Assembly (NCBI GenBank): GCA_021378525.1
Contig: JAACJW010000001.1
Coordinates: 10,115 to 74,114 of the forward strand
DNA length: 64,000 nucleotides
Direction: 5' to 3'
DNA from: Ureaplasma sp. Hg2
GTDB lineage: Bacteria > Bacillota_I > Bacilli_A > Mycoplasmatales > Mycoplasmoidaceae
Shown here: in pieces, positions 33,928 to 45,239 of the stretch
Layout: each line of letters begins with the position of its first letter
Numbering within the stretch: position 1 is the first letter of the stretch
Position numbers and translations under genes: made by a program
The notes under the pieces: model-generated
Told to the model about the DNA's origin: nothing
Databases searched by the model: none
What the model saw: the letters and a program-made list of their open reading frames with translations, nothing else

Positions 33928-34869
33928 TTTATATTTAATAATTTTTTGTTTAATTGCTCAAACAGCAGTTGTAACCTCTGCGGTTCCGATACAAATTAAA
34001 TTAGGGCGTTGTTTTTTATAAACGATATTACCCGCAGCATAAACTCCGGGAATCGATGTCTCGTTATCCTCGTTAACTAAAACTCGATTTAATTTTTTTT
34101 CTAATATTGAAAATTGGGAAATCGATTTTGGATTTATAGTTTGTCCATATTGGACAATGCCAATATCATAATTAATATTAGACTTATCATTGGATTGATT
34201 ATTAACTAGGGTAATTTTGGTGTCATTCATTGTTTCGATACTACTATCCATATATTGTTTAACGCCGTTAGTAGTTAGAGCGATAACGTTAGCACCGATA
34301 GCTCTAAAGGCATCGCGGCGATGAACAATGGCAACGCTTTTAGGTGAACAAAATTCACTAATATGATTGGCAATGTCGACGGCTGAATCTCCGCCACCAA
34401 AAATTACCACATTCTTATTCTGATAATGCTTATTGTTTTTTAAATTATACTCCAAATTACTTTCCTTAAATAATTTGTTTGCTTGCACAATCGTTAATTT
34501 GTTATGAATAAATTGACCGATACCAGTTGATATAACAATGAATTTTGTTTGTAGCTTTTTTTGATTAGCTAATTCAATGCTGAAACCAGTGTCATTTTTT
34601 TCAAACGAAGTAACTGTACTATTTAAAAAGATATCATGTTTGTCGGGGTATTGATCCATTTGATCGAGATACTTTTTAGTAAGATCACTTGCTACAATGT
34701 CCTTAAAACCAGGGATGTCATACAGATGTTTTTGACTATAGAGAGACATTGGTTGCCCCCCAAGATAGCCAGAAGCTTCAATTATTGCGGTTTTAAAACC
34801 CCAATGATTAGCTATAAAATTGCCAACTAAACCAGTTGGTCCGCCACCAATAAAAATAATATCATACAT
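33925..34869 (-). CDS. Thioredoxin-reductase-like flavoprotein lacking the CxxC centre (ferredoxin/flavodoxin-NADP+ reductase type), 314 aa
   Basis: MYDIIFIGGGPTGL is the FAD GxGxxG motif and VVIFGGGDSAVD is the NADPH site. No CxxC appears anywhere in the translation. Start set at ATG 34867-34869 behind GAGGT. One TGA extends the tail to TAA 33925-33927. Confidence 0.75.
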
Positions 34870-35153
34870 ATTTTGTACCTCATTTAATAAAATTAGATTA
34901 TTATACACCACATTTTAAGGACTATAATAATAAAAAATGTGCCATCATAATAATCTTATTCTTAATTTCTTTCAAAATCAAAAATAATAGCAAAATTCCT
35001 ATTATTTATTGCGAAAAACATTTTTTTACTTTGTTTATAATATAATTTTTCCCTTTTCGTAGTATTTAATATATAATTTAAACATATATAATACGCTACA
35101 AATAAATTATAAATATTTGATTGCGATGAAATTACATAATAAGGACAAAAAAT

Positions 35154-35636
35154 ATGGCAGAAAATAAATTATTAAAAGAAAACATTGTATACATTGATGA
35201 AAACGATGCTAAAACAATTGGAATCGTTGAAGGCGAACAACAATCAGTTTTTATCGATGGTAAAAATGTAGATGTTGTTTTCGTCGATGAACACGATATT
35301 TTACCAACAACTAAAAAGGAAAAAGATATAATTCAAGAAGCAAGTGAATTGGCTATCAACCGTAAAGAAGATGAACATCTAGAAGAACGCGCTTTAGCTG
35401 TACGTTCAGGTAAAACGTATAATCTTTGAGAAAACATTAAGGAATTCTTTGCTGGTGCCGCGTCTAATATTATCAATTATTTTAAAAACTTATTCAACGG
35501 TACTAAAAAATTCGATGGAACGGATGTTTTCACTGACGAGGAAATTAGAATTATTGAAGAAGTTATTTCAGAAGTTAAAGCAAATAAGGATGAACCATCA
35601 TCTGACGGCGTTGATTTAGCTGTAAACACTTATTAA
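35154..35636 (+). CDS. Acidic hypothetical protein, 160 aa
   Basis: AAGGA RBS. ORF 35154-35429 continues through one TGA to TAA 35634-35636. Confidence 0.6.
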
Positions 35637-35646
35637 AAATTTTTTT

Positions 35647-35675
35647 AAAACATGGCGAAAGCTATGTTTTTTTTA
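35647..35675 (+). terminator. Rho-independent terminator
   Basis: aaaacatggc/gctatgtttt stem plus a T-run. Confidence 0.6.
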
Positions 35676-35771
35676 TTTTATCAACTTTGATATCTAAATT
35701 TATTATTCAAATTAATGTATAATATATATATCATCTTTTTAGATAAAAAAACAACTACATAGGGGCATCAA

Positions 35772-36533
35772 ATGAAATTTTTTAAACACCGCGATAGCGA
35801 TAATGTTAGGAACAACAATAGTAACATTAATAAATATGCTTTAGCTACAAATAAATCACCAACAATGCAATATGTGATGAACAAAATTAATAACCGTGAT
35901 CGAATCACACAAACCATCGATTACAAATCATTTTATAATGCATCACCGATGCAACCTCCACAAATGCGAGGCATTGCACCTAATGCTGCATTAGCGGGTT
36001 TACATGTGGTTGAACCGATTGTGGAACCATTCCCTCGTGCAGGGAGATTGGACTACCATGATTCTAAAGTGACACCGCTTCTTTATATGAACGGGCGAGG
36101 TACTAGAGTTAATTTGAGAAGCATTAATGCTTCAATACCTTATGAAACAATTAAATATGGTTTCAACTTTAATGACGTCCGTAAACCTTTGGTATATTCT
36201 GGTAACATTGGATTAAATCATGATTTTAGATCGCTAAACATAAATATTGATAATAGTGATTTAGAACGCTCTAGTCAGCTTCGTAGTTTAAGTTTGGCTA
36301 ATCCTTTGTTCTTGGATCACCGCGCTAATTATCATAATGAGGTTCCGACATTTCATTTAAATGTACCCGAACCAAAATTGCCACGGTTAACCCCCTACAA
36401 TCTTTTTGAGGATTTAAAACACGCTCGAGAATATAATGTTAATTTTCCTAAGCTTCACCGCATAAATGATTTTATGAATGATGACGACCAAGAAATTGTG
36501 CAACACCATGTGCGGCAATATAGTGAATGATAA
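35772..36533 (+). CDS. Hypothetical protein, 253 aa
   Basis: Intact ORF. The terminal codons are GAA TGA TAA, so Trp is the last residue under code 4. No family recognised. Confidence 0.6.
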
Positions 36534-36545
36534 AAAATAATAGAA

Positions 36546-36578
36546 AATGCACTTAATCAATTAAGTACATTTTTTTTA
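36546..36578 (+). terminator. Rho-independent terminator
   Basis: aatgcacttaat..attaagtacatt hairpin plus T7. Confidence 0.65.
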
Positions 36579-37574
36579 CTCATTATATTTATGGATTACT
36601 AAAATAAGCACAATTCCCTTGGCGTATTTTAAATATTTAATGAAAGTTTATAATTAATATATTTTTAATATATTTTTGTTGAAATAAAATTTAAATTTTA
36701 AAAACTTTATGAGTTCGCTTGGCACGCATGATTTATAAAGGTGATATTATTTACATTCATTAATAAATTAAAGTTTAACGAAAATAGCTAATAGGATTTG
36801 AATATTAAATAAGATTAAAAGTAAGTATTTTTGGACGATTATTTAAGTGTTTATTATAAGGGCTTTATACCCGCCTCAATAATTGCAAATTTAAATTACC
36901 TTGTGTTTTTTATATTCATAATTTTTTATTTGAACTATAACTATCGTGTTAGTTACGATATTTTTCTTATTTCTTAAGGAAAGTGAAACCAAAATTTTAT
37001 GATTGTTTTTAATAACAATGAAAATATATAGGAAGAACTCGGGACATACTTGTGGATTTTTTAATTAGATAATGACTGATATAAAATCTCTTATATAAAA
37101 CCGGGTTTTAACCATCCTATAATTGGGGTACTTCATTTTTTTATCTTTCTATTACATTAAAAATCAAGTGAAATAATGCTTATTTAATTATATGCAAATT
37201 ATTTTTCCATTTTTACTTATTACGTTAAATATATTTTAATGGATTGAGATTACAACGAAATATACAAGCATCAACGAGATGTTACGGTGCCTTCTTTGTG
37301 ATAAACGTTAGAGTGCGAAGCCTCAATTAAAATGTTGATTGCATTTCAACTTAACCAATAATCAGTGTAACTTTATTACTAAAGTTACTTAGCAAATTAT
37401 TTTAGTACTTACTATCTCACTTAATTATTCGCAACCGGTTGCAACTATAATTGAATCGATATTTTAATATACGGCGTATCAAAAAATATCTTTTAAAATT
37501 ATTTTTTGATACTAATTTTTGAACTAAAAAACTTTTATATAGTTAGCATTTAATTCCTTAAATGAAAATTTCTA

Positions 37575-37871
37575 ATGGGAGATCTTGAAGTGCGACTATT
37601 TAAAAAACAAGTATATACCTTTTGATGAATATTTATGATTCCATTAATTTGAATATATGGAATTTATGAGTCGTGCATTATTCTAAATTCACAATTGCAA
37701 AGGGCAATTAAATCTAGAAAAATACTATTTATTACTTACAATATCATACATATATGGAAACAAATTAAAGTTGAATTAATATTTGAAATCATTTATATAT
37801 TTTGCATCACCATTGATTTGGTGATACCTATAAAATTAAACATTAAAAATGTGACTTATTATTACTATTAA
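37575..37871 (+). CDS. Possible small hydrophobic protein (two predicted TM helices), 98 aa
   Basis: This is the only long TAA/TAG-free stretch I found on the + strand when scanning all three frames of 36541-37575 and reading on to 37871. MGDLEVRLFKKQVYTFWWIFMIPLIWIYGIYESCIIL...ELIFEIIYIFCITIDLVIPIK. Three in-frame TGA. No convincing RBS. Confidence 0.35.
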
Positions 37872-38274
37872 AATGATTTTTTAAATATATTTTTTCGGAT
37901 TTATTAAGTTTCATCAGAAAGAGCCAATTTAAATAATTGGCTTAGAATTTAATTTTCTATGAATTATAAAACCAATAAAACACGGATAATATTGCATAAA
38001 TTAGTAGTTTTACTTATTTTTCATTAATATCACAAATTAATAATTAATTATATAAATACCAATATATTCGCTATTTTATATCACTTTAACAAGCTCTTTA
38101 AAAATATTTCATTATTTTTGGTATAAATTCTTTTTAGGTATTCCATCCTTTGTTATAATTATTATGTAATATATATTAATTTATGCAATTTAGTTAATCG
38201 TTGTAAACGGTTCAGATTTCATTGTTTGAATTTAATTGTAATTTACTCTTACAGAATTAATTGAGGACATAAAA

Positions 38275-41200
38275 ATGGCAAAATACGATGATATAGTTAA
38301 CCGGGATTTTAGTAAAGAAATAAAAGCTCCATCAACAGTTGAATTAACTAAAAATGTTGATAATTTTGGCGTTACATTAAAACTTAAGGAAGACGTTCTT
38401 TTGAATTTAACAAAAACGCCAGAAGGGAAAATGTACGTTGATCAAGACAAAAGTAGTTTTTGGGGAATAAATCCAATGTATAGCTTTGGAGAAACGGCTC
38501 CTGAAAACAATGTCGATAAAATCAACGTTATTAAACATTACGATTCTAGAGAAGACCTTCGCACCTTAAATTTGCTACGTGCGCAAGCAAACAAAATTAT
38601 CAACGAAGCAAAAGCTGAGTACAAGAAAAAATCTTTACACGCCAAATTGTTAAGTGAAAAAAGCATTACTTTCGCTGAGGTTAAAGCTAGCCATTTATTG
38701 TCTAAAGCAAAAGGGATTGAAATAACTTATGTTGATCGTCAAAACGAGGAAGTGCGCAAACAAGAAGCTTTGCTTTTAATCGATGATTGAAAAACTAAGG
38801 CTGTTGAAAATAATTCTACACGTTTAGAATATTTAACTCAAAGAGAAGAACGTTCACATGAAAAATTAAAAGGCCACGAAATGAACAATAGAGCTATCGC
38901 AGAAGAGAGATTGCACGAACGTGAAATCTTTGCCCAAATTCATTTAGAATGAGAAAAGGAAAAGGCCGCTACATTGGCCCAAGGAATGCATTTTAATGTT
39001 CCACCTCCAGTTCGTAGAAAATTTTTAGGAACCAGAAACAATTACCAAGATGAATTAAAATATTCTACAATAAATGAACGCAAAGAAGACCGGGTAATCA
39101 ACTTATTAAATAACAAAGAAGATATTAATGGGGTAGACTTTATTGAGTCAACCAAACGTGGAAATGCACTAAATAAATTTACTAAGTTTACTAAAGATCC
39201 AAAAACACATGCATTAGAAAATAGAATTGAAACTACAACTGAACGCAATCTACATGTTTATATTGTTGATGAAGATGTGTATGAAAGCCAACTTAGAAAA
39301 AATAATTATATAGATGCGAAGAAAGAACGCTTTGAAATTATGGTCGATGCTCGTATGTATGCCCCATTCAAGGAATATCTTCATGTTGAATGAAATGATG
39401 AAAATGGCAACGATGAAATCAAATATCAAAATCAAAAAAAATTAGCTAAGGTACGTAGTGATTCGGATGATGTGCAACGTTATTACTTGGACAAAGAGGC
39501 TAGAGAACAAGCCTTACGTAGTCGTAATGAAAACGCGGTCGAAAGAGAACCATCATATTATTCTGTAGAAGATTGATCAGATAATGATTATATTAATGGC
39601 CAATCGCAAGATGGCGCGCTTAAGCGTTGATTTAAATCGAGAAAAGACCGAACCCGTGAACAGGAATTGGATTTTGAAAAAACTGATTTTAATGAAACAA
39701 TCGATAATAGTAACGACATATATTTAAATGATGAAAACGAAATAAACGAATTAAAATTATATTTAGCTAAAAATCAAAATTACATTGACCTTTATGATGG
39801 GCAACTTTTTGACCGAAATCGTTTAGTCAATGACGAACATTATGTTTCTATCGATTATATTATTCCATTAGAATTAAGTGGCGATGATTCAATTAGCAAC
39901 AAGATTTTAACTAAATCCGAACTTCATTATAGCAAAGGTGATTTAACGCCGTTTGAATGAATGGATGATGAAAATTTTGATTTATTTTATGAAGAAGTAA
40001 CAAAATTGTTAAAAAATAGAGGACGAGAAAATAAGAAACGTTTAAGAAACCTTACTTTTATAAATAACGTGAAACAAGAAAGTTATATTAATGATAACGA
40101 TGAAGACTTCCAAGGGTATGAACAATATGACGACGAAGAATATTATCGTGAAAGTTCTCGTGATCAATATAAAATACAAAAAGCCAATGTTCTTTTAAGA
40201 AAACTTCCTATTCATCCGATTATTCATGATGAACCATCAAAATTATTGCAAAGTGGAATCCGAACAACGGATGCCATTAGAGCTTTCCAACGTTTGAATG
40301 CTGATGAAATTTATTATGACAAAGAAAAACAAATAATTTTAAATAAATTAAAATATGTTTGCGATGAAAATAGAAGACAGGAAAATTCTTTTAGACACAA
40401 TCAAGAAAAATCTAAACAATTAGATGACTATGTTAAGGTTAAGGCTGATGAGCTAAAAGCAAATTTTGTTTCAAGTAAAACTAGACTATCGACCAAGAAT
40501 TTCAATAAGGATCAAAAAATAGATGAACGCTATCGTAATATTTCTGAAACCTTATTTGAAAAATTCTCTATCGAACGTCAAATGATTGATGAAAAGGAAG
40601 AAAACCTTCATAATCGTGAGGAAGCACTTGAAATTCGGAATGAAGCGATAACTAAAGAAAGAGTTTTGAGTCATTTAGAAAAAGTTAACACACGAGAAAT
40701 TAAAACACTTCACCGTTTGAAAACTAAATTAGAGCAATATAATCGTAAATATGATTTTGATATTCCAGTAGATGATTTTCCTTTTGTGAACACTTTATCG
40801 CAAGCCGGTGGTGAAAAATATTTAAACCTAAAAAAAATAAATGATAAATTAGTGCTACAATGAATTTCTGAAGAAACTAAATATCGTGAAAACGATGAAG
40901 ACGAAGAAATTGATATTAAAGCAGATAGCGCAGTTTCTTTAATGGGAAAGGCTTCGAAAATTATTGACACCTTTAAAGTAGGGACAGTAGATAATAAAGT
41001 TGAAATCATTAACGATTCTTTACCTAGTGATGTTACTAAAATAGTGATTCTAGAAAAATATAGACATAAGGATGAAATTGAACAAATCGAATATTTAAGA
41101 ACCTTAGCTAGATCAATGGTTTCAGAAGTCGCAGACGTTGCACTTTTGCAGGAAGCTAGAATTGTCGAGGAAGCTCATATTGTTTTGGAAGAAGAACTTG

Positions 41201-42321
41201 AAGAAGCAAAAAAATATTTAGACAAATGTGAAGTCATTGAGAAAATGATTGACCGTCGCAAAAGTTTCTATGACAAAAGTTTGAAAGAGGCTTGAAACGA
41301 TAAACGTGATAAAGAACGTGAATGGAATCGAATTGTTAAGTCTGAAAAAATTGAAAATGCGCGACGTACAAATGCATTGAGAAAACAAGCTCAAGCTGAT
41401 TTACGAGCACAACTTCATGATTCTTTAGGAGAAGATGGGTTGAATCATAAACTTCCTATTAATATGCAAAACGAATTTAAACATTCACCAGAAGCTATTA
41501 AAATTAATCAAAGACGAATTCGTATGTTGGAACAAGATTTAAATATGCCAATTTTACGCGAGAGTGAACAAGATAAAAAACGTAAACGGATCCAAGGATT
41601 TGAAACACCTACTACAACAAGTCAAAAAGTGGGCAAATACTTCGGAATGATGAAGGAAAAGTTCATTGAAGCGTCCGCTGATGCAGAACCTAATATTGAC
41701 GAATTAATTGGAACAAAGGAAAAATTAAGATTAACTTCACAAGAAGAAACAAATGTTAATCAAAACATTAAAGATGTTGAATATTCAGAAATGACTAATT
41801 CCTTTGAGGGCCATCCTATTCCCACGACAACATTAATTAATAATGAATACAAAAACCAGGTTATAAATAATAGTCAATATGAATCTGATGAAAACCAAAG
41901 TGAAATCGAAAATGATGTTTTTGTTCCAACACCTATTATGGTGGGAGCTAGCGAAGATAACCCTATTGATGTGCAATTTAGTGCGCCTAGAGAGGCTTTT
42001 ACATCAGATATTAATTTGACGTCCCAAATTGAACCCGACGTTGTTGTTGATCCATTAACGATTCCAGCATCTGGCGATTATAACAGTGGCGCTGAAACTC
42101 CGATTGAACAATTATTAACAAATTGAGAAAAAGAAGCTGATGAAATTTCTAAATCATTAGACGACTTGAGTAATGATTGGGATAACGGCGTTAAGCAAAA
42201 GAAAGTTGTGCAAGCGAAACATGACCAAACCCAGAAGATGAATGATGTAGATTTTAAAAGTAAAACCATGGATGAATTAGAGGAAGAAGAACTAATTGAT
42301 AAAAGTATTTTAAATCACTAG
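38275..42321 (+). CDS. Giant highly charged protein with central Cas9-type HNH-like module (His->Tyr), 1,348 aa
   Basis: Six track ORFs (38275, 38974, 39667, 39961, 40942, 41377) are all in frame 1. All gaps were hand-translated. Nine in-frame TGA and no TAA or TAG until TAG 42319-42321. GAGGA RBS before ATG 38275. The HNH-like segment is at 39751-40059. Confidence 0.85.
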
Positions 42322-42380
42322 TGAGCATCGAAAATAGCATCTTCAATGAGGATGTTATTTTTTATGATTATGGAGGGAAA

Positions 42381-43481
42381 ATGAAATTAAAGTTTGTAAT
42401 GCCTGAAGAAATAATGATAGGCAACAAAACGATTATAAATATGAAATCACGGATTGACGGATCCGGTTTTAATAATGTTCTATTTTTAGTTTCTACAGAC
42501 TTTGAAAAAAATGCATATTTGAAAAAAACTTTCAACAAGTATAAGAATAAACTCATCATTTGGATCGACCCTCGTACATTAGAGGAAGATGTTATATCTA
42601 AAATTACTGAAGATTTAGATACCAAACATATTGAATTTGCATTTATCATTGGTAATAGTCATATAGTTAATGTAGCGAAAATATCACTCTTGGCGCATAT
42701 TAATAACATTAATAACGTCTATGGTGATTGCAATGGTGAAATGTTTGATAGAACCATTCCTTTTGCTGTTGTTGCCTCAGAACCATACGATGCATCAGGC
42801 GCTTCTAATTGCGTTAAATTAATTCACAATAAACGTCTATTTTCTTATTATAGCGACGCCTTCGTTCCGCGATATTTCATTGTTGATTTTAATATTATAT
42901 TGATTCAAAATCATGGGGCATTTAAAAATTACTTATTATCTAAAATTATTATTGGCTTAGATATGTATTTTTTAGATAAAAAAAATATACTTGGGAGTTG
43001 TTTTTCTTTAGGGGCAGTGGAAATGATTTACCATGAGGCTCAAAACATGATTACTAATGAAGCTAGCTATGAAACATTGGCAATTTTGGCTCACGCGGAT
43101 TATTCGTTAGTTATGGCAGAAAATATGTTACGGCAAAACAACCGTATTACTATTCGAGAGAGCATCGAATATTTATATCGTAATTTAAACATTAAAGATA
43201 TCCCGTTGGATTTAGTAATTTCGTCTCTTTGCTTTAATGTTTTGACATATTATAACAATAAAGATGAAAACTTTGATATAGTTGCAAAAAAGTTATTTCT
43301 TAATTTTAATATTAATAGTTATGAGGAAGTAACTAAGGCTTTAGAGATATGATGTCGCAAATTTAATATCAAAACTGATTCAATGTGTTGGCTCACTGAA
43401 ACGGATTGACATATTCTTTATGAGGCAATTAATAGTCACAGAGATAAGAAAATAATAAAAGAGCTAAGAAATATTTTGTAG
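42381..43481 (+). CDS. Fe-ADH-fold protein with degenerate cofactor motif (probable pseudoenzyme), 366 aa
   Basis: GGAGGG RBS before ATG 42381 (MKLKFVMPEEIMIGNKTII...). The length and layout match group III ADH, but GGGSxxDxAK reads IIGNSHIVNVAK. The tail extends through two TGA to TAG 43479-43481. Confidence 0.65.
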
Positions 43482-43488
43482 GTGAATT

Positions 43489-44772
43489 ATGTTATATAAA
43501 AATTACAACAGTTCAGCGTTACGTTTTTGATGCTGACAAAAGATATCGTTATTAAATCAAAAAACAAATAAATATTCTAAAAATTTGCCATTACTTTTTT
43601 ACGATCCTAAATTATCTATAATCCAAATGCCTCCGCTTACATTGATGGGGAATTATGCTTTAGAAGAACTTGGTCCGGAATTGAGCCAATTAGGTGCAAG
43701 TAAAATATTAATTATTACAGATAAAAATTTATCACTATCTCCAATATTCAAAAGACTTATTGGAACACTTGATAAATGACATATTAATTATATTTTATTT
43801 GATGAAGTTATTGCAAATCCAACGATTGAAATTGTAAATCTAATCAAAATTAATTTTATAAAACAAAAATGTAATTATTTAGTTTCATTCGGGGGTGGTT
43901 CCGCGCACGACGCCGCTAAAGCTGCCGCTATTATTATCTCTAATAATATATCAGATTTACGAGGGATAGATAAACTTAAGTTTCCTCCGGTTGGGGTTGT
44001 TTGTGTTAATACTACCACCGGAACAGGCTCGGAGGCTAATAGCATAAGTATAATAACTGATGAAAAAAAATCTATTAAAGTTACTAGTGTCGATAAGTTT
44101 AATATTCCAATTTTAACAATTTCTGATCCAAGTTTAACAATTTCACAAGCCCCGAATGTAACTGCCAACGGTGGAATGAATATTTTGGCTTTGGCAATAG
44201 AAGCGTATTTATCGCCTTACCACAAACCTATAACCGATATTCTAGCTACTAGATGCATTGAGTTAATAGGTTTAAATTTGGTTAATTCATATGAATCATT
44301 AAAAAATAATGAATATCGCTCCAATCTAATTACCGCTTCATATATGGTCGGTTTAGCTCATGGTGGTGCGGGTTCAGGATATGTCGATGCAATAAGTAAT
44401 GCGATAAGTGGCTCCTACAATACCGCTCATGGAGTTGCAAGTGCGATTTTATTACCTTACATTATTAGTTTTTTGGGGCAAGATAAAGGAATAGCTAAAC
44501 GAATCAATAAAATAAATTATGCACTAAACAACCGGCCTTATAATGCCAATGATAAACAGGCTGTTGTTGATTGCGCGCGTTCTATTTTCGAATTAAATTA
44601 TAAATTAAAAATACCTAATACATTAAAAGGGATAAACGTTACGCCCGACAACTTTAAAAAATTAAGTAAAAAAGTAATGAATGACTATGCTTTAACGAGT
44701 AGTCCTAAGCGGTTTTCCAAAAAAGAAATTATTAGTATTTTAGAGCATGCTTATAGTGGAAAATTATTTTAA
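43489..44772 (+). CDS. Fe-ADH-family protein with substituted metal ligands, 427 aa (or ~395 aa from TTG 43585)
   Basis: GGGSAHDAAKAAA is intact. Where FucO-type enzymes have GMDALTHAIEGY, this protein has GGMNILALAIEAY. The downstream region is AISNAISGSYNTAHGVASAILLP. ORFs 43585 and 44176 are in the same frame as an upstream ATG at 43489 (AGGTGA RBS). Confidence 0.75.
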
Positions 44773-44807
44773 AAAAAATAAGAATTCTTCCAATTAGGGA
44801 GGAGTTC

Positions 44808-45053
44808 TTATTTATTTGCTTTATTGATAGCGATAGCGGTTCGTGATTTAAGACGATTAGCTTTATTTTTATGGATTCGACCTTTACTCGCTGTACGGTC
44901 AATCATTGAATATGTTTGATCAATTTTACTAGCATCGTTAGAATTTCTAGTTTGCTTTACATTTTTTCTTAATGCTGACATATTTGAATGTGTTGCTTTA
45001 TGTTTTTTAACATCCTGAAGATGACTTTTTTCATTTGATTTAATATTTGCCAT
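44808..45053 (-). CDS. rpsT: 30S ribosomal protein S20, 81 aa
   Basis: MANIKSNEKSHLQDVKKHKATHSNMSALRKNVK... is the typical S20 basic helical protein. Confidence 0.88.
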   Translation of the reverse strand: MANIKSNEKSHLQDVKKHKATHSNMSALRKNVKQTRNSNDASKIDQTYSMIDRTASKGRIHKNKANRLKSRTAIAINKANK

Positions 45054-45239
45054 TAAATGTTCCTCCTCCCGAATAATAATATAATATGTATAAACTATAT
45101 AGATTATATAAAATTATTGTAAATTTGCAATGTTTTTTGTATATTAAAGTAAAATTTATATAATTATAATCAATTTAATATATTAACCTATAGCAAAAAT
45201 TTTGCTAAATTATTGATATAATAAAATAACGAGGTTAAC

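Noticed and set aside
37051-37059. The DnaA-box-like tgtggattt and the AT-rich 1.7-kb spacer as a candidate replication origin.
   Set aside because: There is only one loose match to TTATCCACA/TGTGGATAA, with no cluster of boxes. No dnaA, dnaN or rpmH is nearby. Gene orientation does not switch here.
42321-42380. A GTG start at 42321 overlapping the giant gene's TAG, as drawn in the ORF track (MSIENSIFNEDVIFYDYGG...).
   Set aside because: An ATG at 42381 sits 6 nt after a GGAGGG Shine-Dalgarno and gives the usual Fe-ADH-like N-terminus (MKLKFVMPEE...). The upstream extension has no RBS. The same logic applies to tlyA (4724-4822 extension), the reductase (34870-34911) and ruvB (1807-1836).
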